Virus record (IMG/VR): IMGVR_UViG_3300031788_000018
Location: 1-56,313 of that record
Source: a virus
Lineage: Duplodnaviria > Caudoviricetes
DNA: 56,313 nucleotides
Direction: 5' to 3' (one strand)
Below, one piece after another: positions 1 to 9,283 of the stretch. Every line of letters begins with the position of its first letter. The stretch's first letter is position 1. The notes beneath the pieces are model-generated. The model saw only the letters and a program-made list of their open reading frames with translations, was not told where the DNA came from and did no database searches. Both the position numbers and the translations under genes were made by a program.

Positions 1-102
1 AGCCATGTATAGACCTCCACGAGTTCTAAGCATAGTAATCGGTTTATCTTTTAAAGTACCTATTAATTCCTTACTAACTATTTCGTTTGGATGAATATCC
101 AT
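1..102 (-). CDS. 5' part of a hypothetical (probably structural-region) protein, runs off the window edge
   Basis: ATG at 102 just after the stop of 104..832; open frame MDIHPNEIVSKELIGTLKDKPITMLRTRGGLYMA to the edge. Confidence 0.6.
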   Translation of the reverse strand, partial: MDIHPNEIVSKELIGTLKDKPITMLRTRGGLYMA

Positions 103-103
103 A

Positions 104-832
104 TTAGCTCTCCTTATCTATACGTTTAAAAGTATAACCCTTTGTATGTTTAAATTCACCTTTTAAAACTCTATATACCGATCTATCATCTAAATGTAAT
201 TCTAAGCACATTTTTGTAATAGAAGAATAAATAATATCGTTTTGAACACACATTATCGGTTTAGAATTTGCAGCAGAAATCTTTGCTTTTTCTTCCTCGG
301 TCCACGCCTTATCGGCATTTTTGGCTGCAAGTTCAGGTTTTTTCTTTCCCCAGCAGCTGTGGTTCATTCCTCGTCTATTCTTACTCCAATTAGCTTTATT
401 TTCATCAGAATGAGTTTTACCATAAAAGGAATTAGTTTTACCGGTTTGTTTTTCAGAGATAGATTTCAATGAAACTGAAGTGTCCTTAGTTAATCCTTTA
501 GCCCAAGAAGGTGTACCTAATTTTCCAGATTCCCCACCAATCGAATGATTGTATCCCATAGTAGAATCAGTGCTGTTATATTGACTGATATAGAATTGTT
601 CTTTATTACCTAGTTCTTTAATATCACAAGATTCTAGAATAGATATTGAAAAATTCTCTATACCACATTTTCTAATAGCTGTATGTAAATGCGTTTTAGT
701 TCCTCTTTTAGCGTCTGATTTATGTTGAATAAAACGTTTTAAATAATTCTGAGTAGTAAGGCCTATGTAGACCTTTCCATTAAGCTCATTCTTTATTATA
801 TATATGGTGCCTGTTTTATTTTTCTCTGTCAT
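104..832 (-). CDS. GIY-YIG homing endonuclease with NUMOD3/NUMOD1-like DNA-binding repeats
   Basis: GTIYIIKNELNGKVYIGLT...RFIQH GIY-YIG motif; NSFYGKTHSDE NUMOD3-like; C-terminal YSSITKMCLEL HTH; start set at MTEK (832). Confidence 0.9.
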   Translation of the reverse strand: MTEKNKTGTIYIIKNELNGKVYIGLTTQNYLKRFIQHKSDAKRGTKTHLHTAIRKCGIENFSISILESCDIKELGNKEQFYISQYNSTDSTMGYNHSIGGESGKLGTPSWAKGLTKDTSVSLKSISEKQTGKTNSFYGKTHSDENKANWSKNRRGMNHSCWGKKKPELAAKNADKAWTEEEKAKISAANSKPIMCVQNDIIYSSITKMCLELHLDDRSVYRVLKGEFKHTKGYTFKRIDKES

Positions 833-2075
833 ATGCCGCTCTGATCTTTTTAACATGAAAATGTTGAGAGATAGGTTTATTTTCTTTTATAGCTTTATGT
901 CCTGCACTTATGCCTTGGAACCATGAAAATCCTATCTTTTCAGGATCTTGACCAAAATGGTGCTCCAAACGTGATAAATAACTATGTGCAATTTTACCTT
1001 CTAAATCAGGATGTTTTTGCATGTAGTTATGAAGTTCAGGTCCCTTCATACCTAGTATCTTAGAATGTTCACGTTTTAATGCAGGATTCATCTTAACTGT
1101 CTCTTGAATAGTTATAGGCATTAATCCATATTGTCCGACAGCACTAGATCCTTGATGCATCCCGCCTTCTACAGGCTTATGATGAGTGTATTTACCTTTG
1201 TTAGATTCAACAGAAGAAATAGCATTCAGCATTTTATTATGATCATAGGATGCTTTTTTTGGTGCTACTTGCTGCTGTTGCACAGCAGGCTTAGGAGCTT
1301 CCGGACTATTAGCTTGATGTTGGCCAATTGAAGCGCCAGCAATACTTAATGCAGTTCCTATGTTTCTAGCAATGGATTTATCTAACTCTTCATCAGTCTT
1401 TTTAACTTTCTCAGGAAGTTTCTTTCCGTGTGTTGCAACGTCCCATTCACGTACGCCAGCTTCGCCGCCAAGTGCTTCTTCGCCAGCAGCTGAATGTCCC
1501 CAGCGTGCTTGAGCTTTCGATTTCCAAGGTTTCATTAAAGGTTTGAATTCAGATTTCTCTATCTTTTTACCATAAGTTCCAAGTATTTTATGACCGCGTT
1601 TTATTGTGGCTGGACCGAATTCTATTCCAGCTTCTTTAGCAGTTTTTGCGCCAGAGTCTTTGATCTTTTTCCAGGACTCATGATCAAGTGAGATGTGAGG
1701 ACTATAATCGTAGGCCTCTTTAGGTCCAAGATGTTTGAAATGATCATTATGATGTTTCATTTGAGTAGCGCCAATACCGTATAGTTTTAAAACATGTACG
1801 TCATTACCGTATCTATCTTTGAATGTATGAGGCTCAATTCCAGTATGTTCAGGTTTTGGTGGTTCTAGATCATGTTTGCTCGCAATTTCATGAGCCTCTT
1901 TGTGATCCTTATGAGGAGTGAGTAATTTAATTGTAGAATGATATGGAATACCATTATCGGATCTAGAATGTTGACCTTTGATAGTTACAGGATGACCAAT
2001 AATGCTTCCGGTCTCGGCTAGCCTTTTGTAAGTTTCAGGATCTTCAGATTTATGAGTTTTATTCTTATCGCTCAC
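816..2075 (-). CDS. Multidomain virion-type polyprotein: N-terminal 2H phosphoesterase (Acb1-like), short middle module, C-terminal lysozyme-like/lytic transglycosylase domain
   Basis: Two H-x-[TS] motifs (PYHSTIK, SPHISL); AISSVESN and SAVGQYGLMPIT SLT-like motifs; domains separated by IEKSE and ELDKS. Confidence 0.6.
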   Translation of the reverse strand: MSDKNKTHKSEDPETYKRLAETGSIIGHPVTIKGQHSRSDNGIPYHSTIKLLTPHKDHKEAHEIASKHDLEPPKPEHTGIEPHTFKDRYGNDVHVLKLYGIGATQMKHHNDHFKHLGPKEAYDYSPHISLDHESWKKIKDSGAKTAKEAGIEFGPATIKRGHKILGTYGKKIEKSEFKPLMKPWKSKAQARWGHSAAGEEALGGEAGVREWDVATHGKKLPEKVKKTDEELDKSIARNIGTALSIAGASIGQHQANSPEAPKPAVQQQQVAPKKASYDHNKMLNAISSVESNKGKYTHHKPVEGGMHQGSSAVGQYGLMPITIQETVKMNPALKREHSKILGMKGPELHNYMQKHPDLEGKIAHSYLSRLEHHFGQDPEKIGFSWFQGISAGHKAIKENKPISQHFHVKKIRAAYDREK

Positions 2076-2078
2076 AGA

Positions 2079-2909
2079 TTAAAAATCTCCAATCTTAAAT
2101 TTGGTACTGAATATACCTTTTATTTTCTTAATATATTCATCGCGTTTTTTAGTAAGTTCAGCTATACGAAGTTCATATATTCTAGGGCCCGGTGACGATG
2201 ACGACTGACTTATACCGTCTTGACTTTGCGACTGACTGATATTAACAAACCAAGGAGCGATCTCGCTCAAGATCGCAATTGCTGCAATGCATCCTACTAA
2301 TTCATTAATTATAGTTGGAACTTCGCCTTCTCTATTTGAAACACCTGCAGTGTATTTAACTTGCCAGTACGCAGGAACAAATCCAAGTCCTTGGTTCAAA
2401 ATAGATAAGAACGCAACACCAGCGGTAGGAGCTGAAGCGGCTATTGTATTAAAACCATAACCGGCTAAAAGCGGAATAATGTTAATTAAGTTCTTACTGA
2501 AGTTGGCCGCCTCAATCCATTGTGGTGGAAGTCTAAATATATCTTCATTGTTAGCACTTACGATTGCTACTTCTTCCACCGATATGATAGGACCATGTTC
2601 AACACGTAAATGAATATAAGAACGGTACAAAGAACTGTCGAAGGGAAGTTTGTCCTTAAATGCTTCTCTGGTAAGAAAGGTGCCGATTTGAATCTCAGCT
2701 TCGTTCATGGCCAAATAGATACGATCCTTAAGCTCAGCATTGGTAAAAGTCGCTCCACTGGAAAACATCAGGTTGATCCCTTTAAGGAATCGACTCACGA
2801 GCTGTTCAGGAGTTAAGAATGGCTCTACACGGCGGAGTAATCCGCTAGTCTGTTCAGCATGTACCGGATAAGCTGAGGTTCCATTGGTCTTTTGGTTCTT
2901 AAAATTCAT
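2079..2909 (-). CDS. Putative head-tail adaptor/neck protein
   Basis: Size, position near head genes, and motifs (LAMNEAE..IG, HGPIISVE, VKYTAG, SQSQDGISQS) typical of myovirus neck proteins. Confidence 0.6.
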   Translation of the reverse strand: MNFKNQKTNGTSAYPVHAEQTSGLLRRVEPFLTPEQLVSRFLKGINLMFSSGATFTNAELKDRIYLAMNEAEIQIGTFLTREAFKDKLPFDSSLYRSYIHLRVEHGPIISVEEVAIVSANNEDIFRLPPQWIEAANFSKNLINIIPLLAGYGFNTIAASAPTAGVAFLSILNQGLGFVPAYWQVKYTAGVSNREGEVPTIINELVGCIAAIAILSEIAPWFVNISQSQSQDGISQSSSSPGPRIYELRIAELTKKRDEYIKKIKGIFSTKFKIGDF

Positions 2910-2917
2910 ATATTCCT

Positions 2918-2946
2918 ATTATACCACAAAGTTATTGGAATGTCTA
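2918..2946 (-). promoter_or_regulatory. sigma70-type promoter TAGACA-17-TATAAT with extended TG
   Basis: Minus strand tagaca ttccaataactttgtgg tataat, directly upstream of 2909. Confidence 0.6.
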
Positions 2947-2969
2947 TCTATTCTATCTTATTGAAATCT

Positions 2970-3488
2970 TTAGTCAAAAAAGTAGTACGTAAAGTTATTT
3001 GGCAAAGTACCGTCTGAACCGTCATTCGTATAAGATACTGCGATCATTTGTAAAACCGAGAAAGTCCAAGTCATTGAGCCTTGTGTTACGCTAAATTGAA
3101 CATCGCCAGACATAGGTGTAATAGTATTTGGAATGTTAAATTGCCAAATCGAAGCATCTGACGGACTAGCTTGAGTACAAGCAATAGTTACTACTTTAGC
3201 ATCGTCAATACTAGGAAAAGTTACTGATACCGAATAGGGTGTTAAGCCAGAAGTAGCTCCAAGGACATAACGCAAAGGGGGGCTTATAGGAGCTAAAGAA
3301 GAAGTGTTGAATAACCCAAAAATCTGAGCACCTGGATTTTGAATCAAAGAGCCCGCAACTTGCTGGTCTAAATCAACTAGTTGAAAATAAAGGGTATTCG
3401 GATTCCCGGCTTGAACCGACCATTGATTACCAATAACATAGGAGTTAACAGTGTTAAAAATTTGTATTACTTGTGCCGAAAGTCTCAA
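2970..3488 (-). CDS. Hypothetical beta-rich virion structural protein
   Basis: GGAGG RBS then TTG at 3488; Ser/Thr/Val-rich composition; structural neighbourhood. Confidence 0.5.
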   Translation of the reverse strand: MRLSAQVIQIFNTVNSYVIGNQWSVQAGNPNTLYFQLVDLDQQVAGSLIQNPGAQIFGLFNTSSLAPISPPLRYVLGATSGLTPYSVSVTFPSIDDAKVVTIACTQASPSDASIWQFNIPNTITPMSGDVQFSVTQGSMTWTFSVLQMIAVSYTNDGSDGTLPNNFTYYFFD

Positions 3489-3556
3489 GGTAACCTCCAA
3501 AGAACTTGACGTACCTCTAAATAGAGGATATACTATAGTAGTAAGATTGCTATGAA

Positions 3557-4393
3557 TTAGTCTTTATTTTCAGCGCATTGAGATAAGCACTTGATTTTAT
3601 ATTGTTTATTATACCCTAAATCCTTTAGTTTAGGTTCGCTCCACAATTCCGAATTTGGCATCATATGGTGGAACCAATCCCATTTTTCTTCCGCATCTCC
3701 CCAAAATCTACCTTTGATTTCAACCCATTTATTCTCATTTATTAGATATAAATCCGGCCTGTAAGTTCTACTGTCAGGTAGTGTAAATATATTAGTCTGC
3801 CATTTAAAATCTATTTTATTATCATTTAAATAATCAACTATAAAACATTCATAAGTACCTACACATATTAGAGATTCTCCGGTCCTCCAATGGATTTTTG
3901 TAAAAGATCTATTCATAGCTTTCGCTGATTTATCAAAGAATTCTTTTTTATGCATATTATGACTTACTCCATATCTAGAGAGCATAGTTTCAGCTATCTT
4001 CTTCCCTCGGTTCTTAGGATGACCGCACTTCCTGACTAATACATGTCTAGCCAAAGTCCACCATTCTCCTAATTCACGGTCAATAAAGCGAGCTTTTTTA
4101 TTCAATCCTTTGTAAGTGGTAGTATCCATGGTGATTCCGAGAGGTATATTGAGTAGATATTTTTTTAAAGTCCTCTGCATCCTCGTATTAGCTGATTTTA
4201 ACATGCCGCGCCTAGGGTGCTCATGCCCCCTCCTGATGTAATCAGGGTATACCCAAAATTCACCATAAGCAGAGTCAATAAAGAGAGCATTCTTGCGCAT
4301 TCCTTTAAAGGTATCTTCCTTTACTTTGATATGGGCGGGAAGCGACTGTATTAATGCTTTAAAACTTTTGATTGATTTTTGATTATTATTCAT
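3557..4393 (-). CDS. Putative homing endonuclease, PD-(D/E)xK family
   Basis: C-terminal TYRPDLYL...WVEIKG; repeated N-terminal FID..YGEFW/FIDRELGEWW modules; low GC. Confidence 0.7.
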   Translation of the reverse strand: MNNNQKSIKSFKALIQSLPAHIKVKEDTFKGMRKNALFIDSAYGEFWVYPDYIRRGHEHPRRGMLKSANTRMQRTLKKYLLNIPLGITMDTTTYKGLNKKARFIDRELGEWWTLARHVLVRKCGHPKNRGKKIAETMLSRYGVSHNMHKKEFFDKSAKAMNRSFTKIHWRTGESLICVGTYECFIVDYLNDNKIDFKWQTNIFTLPDSRTYRPDLYLINENKWVEIKGRFWGDAEEKWDWFHHMMPNSELWSEPKLKDLGYNKQYKIKCLSQCAENKD

Positions 4394-4447
4394 ATATAAT
4401 AAGATTAGGTGCGCATAAGTTAAATGTTCTATCTGAAAGGCAAGTAT

Positions 4448-5059
4448 ATGTATTTATTAGAAATTGAGGGTGTAGATGGATGCGGCAAGTCAACGGCAGT
4501 AAAATATGTAGTGGAACAATTGAGAATTCGAGGTTACAAAACACTAGAGACTAGAGAAGTAGGCAATATACATATACCATTCTGTTCCAAGCTTAGAGAA
4601 TTAATTCTAGATCCCGAATACAAATTATCGGGAGAAGCTATGGAGCTTGCATTCTCATGTATGCGAACAGAAAATCAGAGATTCTATAGATCTGTAGAGA
4701 ATGATTATGATTTTTGCGTAAGCGATCGTGGGTTATTAAGCCATGCTGCCTATGGTGAACATAATGCGACTAGAGAATTTATGGAGGACTTATATTTTAA
4801 TATACTTAATAAGTATACAATACCTCCCGATATGGTCCTTTTTCTAGACGTAAAACCAGAGATGGCTCTAGCTAGAAGACAGAAACGCAATGGTTTCGTA
4901 GATGCTATTGAAGCTAAAGGTCAAGAGTTCCAAGTTAAGGTATTGGATAGCTTTCATAAGTACATTGAACAACTAGACTTACCTGTGACTTTTATTGACG
5001 CAAATCAAGATCTTGATAATGTTAAACGTCAAATAGATGAGTTAATTGAGGCATTATGA
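4448..5059 (+). CDS. tmk: Thymidylate (dTMP) kinase
   Basis: IEGVDGCGKST P-loop, TREVG, SDRGLLSHAAYG, PDMVLFLDV. Confidence 0.9.
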   Translation: MYLLEIEGVDGCGKSTAVKYVVEQLRIRGYKTLETREVGNIHIPFCSKLRELILDPEYKLSGEAMELAFSCMRTENQRFYRSVENDYDFCVSDRGLLSHAAYGEHNATREFMEDLYFNILNKYTIPPDMVLFLDVKPEMALARRQKRNGFVDAIEAKGQEFQVKVLDSFHKYIEQLDLPVTFIDANQDLDNVKRQIDELIEAL

Positions 5060-5271
5060 GAAATAATATAGACAAAGATAATAAACCTCTCAATGGCGAG
5101 CATATCAAGACAGTGCACTACTATTCGGGAGTCTTCATGGGGTCCCAAGAAGTGCGTATTGCAGAATATAAAGTATGGTATTTAAATAACAAAGAATTAA
5201 CCGAACTAGAATTCAAACAATATCAACGTAATAGACAGTTCAACGACAATATCAATGAGGCTTTAAAATAA
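5056..5271 (+). CDS. Small protein with the conserved C-terminal QFNDNINEALK tail, no HREDGPA repeat
   Basis: Ends WYLNNKELTELEFKQYQRNRQFNDNINEALK; ATGA overlap with tmk. Confidence 0.8.
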   Translation: MRNNIDKDNKPLNGEHIKTVHYYSGVFMGSQEVRIAEYKVWYLNNKELTELEFKQYQRNRQFNDNINEALK

Positions 5272-5274
5272 TTA

Positions 5275-5327
5275 GGGCCGACGTTTTAAGTCAGCCCCCA
5301 ATGGAGAGTGGCGGAGCGTCCGCCGCT
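5275..5327. terminator. Two GC-rich hairpins between convergent genes, probable terminators
   Basis: gggccgac/gtcagccc (5275-5297) and agtggcgga/tccgccgct (5307-5327). Confidence 0.55.
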
Positions 5328-5344
5328 AGGATGTTCTTTTGCTA

Positions 5345-7273
5345 TTAGGTTATAGCGTTACTTTGTAAGGTAGCAGCTGTTTGAGCTAAGATACGTCCGC
5401 TTAAAGAAGCACTGGTTACTAAAGCGACGCTTGTTTGCGCTAATACAATACCACTAAATACAGCATTTGCTCCAATGGTTACAGCTCCGGCAACTTGCCA
5501 GAAGATATTGGAAGCAACTACTCCACCACTTAGAATGATACTGGTGGAAGCTGACATTACTAATGTACCGGCGATTTGGAATATGAAAATATCGTTTGGT
5601 CCACCGGAAATTGTCACGTTAGTTGGAATCGTTACGCCACTTGTCCATTTGTATAGACCAGGAGTTAATGTTAATCCGCCAAGATTACCAGAACCTAGAT
5701 TTGTAAAATCAGGAGTTGGTCGGCCAGCCGCGTCCGTATAGGCTGTTCCCATGTCACTTATTGCTGTAGTCAAAGTCGCTGGAGTAGGAGAAGCGTAATC
5801 TGCTGCGAATACATGTCCGCTTACTAATGAAGAGGTAGAGAAGGTTCCACTTCCATCTAATATTAGACCGAAACCGGTTATTGCCGTTGAAGCTATAGGG
5901 CTTACTGCAATAGCGCCAGTGATAAAAGATCCAGCTGTTGTGGAAATGCCAGACTCAGCTAAGATCTTATAGTTAGCAGATGTTCCTAGGTCAACGGTTG
6001 CTAAACTGTTAGCGATATTAAAAGTATCGCTAGCGATTGTGAACGAGACTGTCCCGCCGCCGCCGGTAGTGTCAGCTTTAGTTGCTAATAAAGTTTTATT
6101 ACCGTATAAGTTTATCTTAACCCCTTTACCTACGAAGTCAGCTACACCCGCAACAGCAGCCATGGTTACTGTACCGGATAGAACTCCGGTTCCTGAAAGA
6201 AGTGATAGAGTAATAGAAGCAGTAGCATCTGCACCAGTCGTTACTGTTGCGCCTGAAGCATCTTTAATGGTTACGATAGGTTGAGTAGGAAAAGCGACTC
6301 CAGCTACACCTGCTGAAGGTTGTGTTGAAAACACTAAGTGAGTAGCGACACCTGCTGATCCAGTAATCACGTAAGCTGCACTTGCGATTGCGGAATTAGC
6401 TAGACCTGATTTGGTAGCTAATACCTTAATAGTTTCGCTAGCGCCAACCGAGATCGCTGTTACGTAAGGTGTACTTGAAATCGTAGGAGAGGATCCATCC
6501 AATGTATAGAACATTGACGCACCGGCTGTAGAGCAAGAAAGGGTTACAAATTGTGTCCCAGAATAAGTTCCAGCTGGTAAAGAGAAAGTAGGAGTAGCGA
6601 CTAAAACTACAGTTGCAGTAATGCTGACTACTGATCCGGAAACGGATGTAGATAAAGCTACGGTTCCAGCAGCAATCGCTGTCAGAGTCTTTGTAGCGAC
6701 AGCTGCAGCAGTATCACTGGCGTTTATAATGACTTCGATACCAGTGAACCCGGCTGGAGCTGGATCAACTACGCTGCCACCTAGAACGCTATACCATACA
6801 TAATACTTATTAGCGTCTCCGCCGTTGTACAGTTCAACGTATCCGGCTGTTCCAGTTGTAGGGAAAGAACTTCCTGCTGGAGCGCTTAAACTTACTATTT
6901 GAGCTTGTGTAACTCCGGAATTTGCCACTTCTAATCCGTAAGTTATTGGCATTCCTACTAAAGATGGAGCAGTTATAGCGTTAGATACTGCGTTTGAAGA
7001 TGCGATTGCTGCTACGGCGTCTTGAGCTACTTGAGCATTAGCAAAGCCTTGGCTCATATATTGAATATCTTCTGCTGAAAGAATTCCCTTGTTGATCATA
7101 GCGGCTTGTAGATTTAAAGCAGCTTGTTGACTACCTAAAGCTATGATTAGTCTATCTAAAGTGAATGTTGATAAAACCGATCCATTTTCAAGAGCGCTAA
7201 TCAACTCCAACCCAGCTGCTTGGCTAGTTAAAGCATTGATAAAATAATCATTATCGAATTTAGAAATGGCCAT
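5345..7273 (-). CDS. Multidomain protein with C-terminal DUF3494 ice-binding domain, Fn3-associated (chitobiase C-terminal-like) and Ig-like domains; probably virion-associated
   Basis: VDLGTSANYKILAESGIS...AADYASPT...AYTDAAGR...LTPGLYKW...IFQIAG...NIFWQVAG...GRILAQTA is the DUF3494 signature; VATPTFSLPAGTY...FYTLDGSSPT Fn3_assoc; GGAGA RBS before 7273. Confidence 0.85.
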   Translation of the reverse strand: MAISKFDNDYFINALTSQAAGLELISALENGSVLSTFTLDRLIIALGSQQAALNLQAAMINKGILSAEDIQYMSQGFANAQVAQDAVAAIASSNAVSNAITAPSLVGMPITYGLEVANSGVTQAQIVSLSAPAGSSFPTTGTAGYVELYNGGDANKYYVWYSVLGGSVVDPAPAGFTGIEVIINASDTAAAVATKTLTAIAAGTVALSTSVSGSVVSITATVVLVATPTFSLPAGTYSGTQFVTLSCSTAGASMFYTLDGSSPTISSTPYVTAISVGASETIKVLATKSGLANSAIASAAYVITGSAGVATHLVFSTQPSAGVAGVAFPTQPIVTIKDASGATVTTGADATASITLSLLSGTGVLSGTVTMAAVAGVADFVGKGVKINLYGNKTLLATKADTTGGGGTVSFTIASDTFNIANSLATVDLGTSANYKILAESGISTTAGSFITGAIAVSPIASTAITGFGLILDGSGTFSTSSLVSGHVFAADYASPTPATLTTAISDMGTAYTDAAGRPTPDFTNLGSGNLGGLTLTPGLYKWTSGVTIPTNVTISGGPNDIFIFQIAGTLVMSASTSIILSGGVVASNIFWQVAGAVTIGANAVFSGIVLAQTSVALVTSASLSGRILAQTAATLQSNAIT

Positions 7274-7335
7274 GATAGGATCTCCTTGAAAGATCAAAGT
7301 AAATTATCGCGTGTTCGCTATCCATAAGATTGGGA

Positions 7336-7364
7336 TAGACAAACGCTTGTACGTATGATATACT
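7336..7364 (+). promoter_or_regulatory. sigma70-type promoter TAGACA-17-TATACT
   Basis: tagaca aacgcttgtacgtatga tatact, then AGGAG RBS. Confidence 0.65.
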
Positions 7365-7383
7365 ATATCAGGAGATCATACTT

Positions 7384-8025
7384 TTGAAGTTAGTAATAAT
7401 AAGCGATACTCATACTTTGCATGATCAGATTGAATTACCAGAAGGGGATCTACTAATCCACTGTGGCGATTTCTGTTCCCGTGGCTCTGTCAGAGAGTTA
7501 ATCCAGTTTAATCAATGGCTTATGAAGCAAGCTCCTAAGTTTAAACACGGAATTCTTATCTCACCAGGAAATCATGACATCTGTATAGAAGAAGATCCAG
7601 GAATGGCCAAAGCAGTATTAAGTGCCGCTAAGCTATTGATTCATGAGCAAATTGAAATTGAAGGCATCAAATTCTGGCTATCGCCCTTCCAGCCTGAATT
7701 CCACGACTGGAGTTATAACGTGCTCAGAGGTCCTGAGATCGCAAAGAAATGGGCCCAGATACCTGAAGATACCCGGGTCCTTGTAACCCATGGGCCTCCT
7801 TATGGTATCTTAGATCAAGCCTATCCAGAAGCTAATAGCGAATTCCTTGGCTGTGAAGAGCTACTTAAGAGAGTTAAACAGTTACCTAATTTAACACACC
7901 ACTTCTTTGGCCATATCCACGGATCTTTTGGACAAAATTTAATCAATAACATTACTTTTGCAAATGCCTCTCAATTGAACGAGAGATATGAAGTAACTAA
8001 TAAACCCTTGGTTTTTGACATATGA
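7384..8025 (+). CDS. Calcineurin-like metallophosphoesterase
   Basis: ISDTH, IHCGDF, PGNHD, THGPP, FGHIH motifs. Confidence 0.9.
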   Translation: MKLVIISDTHTLHDQIELPEGDLLIHCGDFCSRGSVRELIQFNQWLMKQAPKFKHGILISPGNHDICIEEDPGMAKAVLSAAKLLIHEQIEIEGIKFWLSPFQPEFHDWSYNVLRGPEIAKKWAQIPEDTRVLVTHGPPYGILDQAYPEANSEFLGCEELLKRVKQLPNLTHHFFGHIHGSFGQNLINNITFANASQLNERYEVTNKPLVFDI

Positions 8026-8318
8026 GGAATAATATTGTGATTACTATTAAAGTAGCAGATAACGGATTTATTCTATCACATACTGTAACGTTCGATAATG
8101 ATCCGCCCGATCATACTGATTATGTATATCAAAACAACGAGGAAGACGATGGCTTATCGGCAATGGCTGATATGTTAAGAACTATCAATGATCTACTTGG
8201 ACCAAGTACTTCTAGATATTCCAAAGAACGAATCTACGTCAATATAGAGCCCGGTGACAAGTACGAAGAAACTGATCGTGAATTGTTTAACAAAAGGATC
8301 GATGGAGCTTTAAAATGA
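8022..8318 (+). CDS. Hypothetical protein with the conserved tail variant (RELFNKRIDGALK)
   Basis: ATGA overlaps at both ends; C-terminal motif. Confidence 0.75.
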   Translation: MRNNIVITIKVADNGFILSHTVTFDNDPPDHTDYVYQNNEEDDGLSAMADMLRTINDLLGPSTSRYSKERIYVNIEPGDKYEETDRELFNKRIDGALK

Positions 8319-8518
8319 AAAACGGTCTACATACCGAATCGGGCTCTAAACGCTGGTACTTAAACGGCAAACTTCATCGTGAAGATGGTCCAGCTATCGA
8401 ATGGAATGACGGTGATAAACGCTGGTACTTAAATGGTATAGCATTAACCGAACTAGAAATCAGACAACTTCAACGCAATAGACAATTCAACGACAATATC
8501 AATGAGGCTCTTAAGTGA
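8315..8518 (+). CDS. HREDGPA-repeat protein with the conserved tail
   Basis: WYLNGKLHREDGPAIEW; ends QRNRQFNDNINEALK. Confidence 0.85.
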   Translation: MKNGLHTESGSKRWYLNGKLHREDGPAIEWNDGDKRWYLNGIALTELEIRQLQRNRQFNDNINEALK

Positions 8519-8760
8519 GAAATGGTCCGGTTTACAATTCTAACGGCAATGTATTCTGGTACTTAAATGGCAAACTTCATCGTGAAGAAGGCCCTGCTAT
8601 AGAATATGTTAAAGGGAATCGTAAATGGTACCTCTATGGCGTTGAATATACTGAAAATGAACATAAAACTAAAATGCGAACCATCATTTTTAATAGAAAC
8701 ATAGAAAACTCGTTAGATAACGTCGAAGACGACACGGTCATCGAATCCACTGATGAATAG
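8515..8760 (+). CDS. HREDGPA-repeat protein with a degenerate tail and acidic extension
   Basis: WYLNGKLHREEGPAIEY; RTIIFNRNIENSLD. Confidence 0.8.
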   Translation: MRNGPVYNSNGNVFWYLNGKLHREEGPAIEYVKGNRKWYLYGVEYTENEHKTKMRTIIFNRNIENSLDNVEDDTVIESTDE

Positions 8761-8763
8761 GAT

Positions 8764-8792
8764 TTGACAACCTATTTTACCTATGGTATACT
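8764..8792 (+). promoter_or_regulatory. sigma70-type promoter TTGACA-17-TATACT
   Basis: ttgaca acctattttacctatgg tatact. Confidence 0.75.
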
Positions 8793-8828
8793 TATACCAG
8801 GGATCATAGATCCCAGAAAGTAGTTGTC

Positions 8829-9020
8829 ATGGAAAATGGAGATATCCCACTAGAAATTAATATCAAGAACTTTACAATTACCCTAACTGAAGCTCGTAAA
8901 GTGATGCCAGAAATACAGGCTTATAAGTATTTGATATTAGGGAATGTAATACGCCCTGATACTAATGAATTAGTAGAAGCTCGTTTATTAGTTATTCCAG
9001 ACGAAGGAATTAGTAGCTAA
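8829..9020 (+). CDS. Hypothetical protein
   Basis: ORF downstream of promoter, coupled to next gene. Confidence 0.6.
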   Translation: MENGDIPLEINIKNFTITLTEARKVMPEIQAYKYLILGNVIRPDTNELVEARLLVIPDEGISS

Positions 9021-9283
9021 TGAAAAAGTCTGTGATTATCATAAAGAAAGCCGAAGAACTTAAAAAGACGACTCCTGTACTGTCTGACACAACTGCTATG
9101 TTAGCCGCTAGGCATCTAGTGGATTCTTTGACCGCCAATGGTAAAATTATACCAGGTCCTTATTTCTACTATTTAACTGAAGAGATCAAAGAAGGTTGGG
9201 AACCTGAAGATAATGCTCCTTTGACTAGAAAAGTAGAATACTATTACCAGAAAGGTAAGTTATGTATAAAGTATTTAACATAA
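9020..9283 (+). CDS. Hypothetical protein
   Basis: TAATG coupling in operon. Confidence 0.6.
   Translation: MKKSVIIIKKAEELKKTTPVLSDTTAMLAARHLVDSLTANGKIIPGPYFYYLTEEIKEGWEPEDNAPLTRKVEYYYQKGKLCIKYLT

Noticed and set aside
4448-5059. Counting Tmk (ends KRQIDELIEAL) as a tail-family member
   Set aside because: It lacks the F-N core and the helix is the normal end of the kinase fold; only the EAL/RBS DNA coincides.
5475-6803. Plus-strand ORFs inside the ice-binding gene, and similar antisense ORFs across the window (e.g. 13941, 27844, 28949, 54520)
   Set aside because: Shadow ORFs opposite well-supported genes, with no RBS or recognisable motifs.
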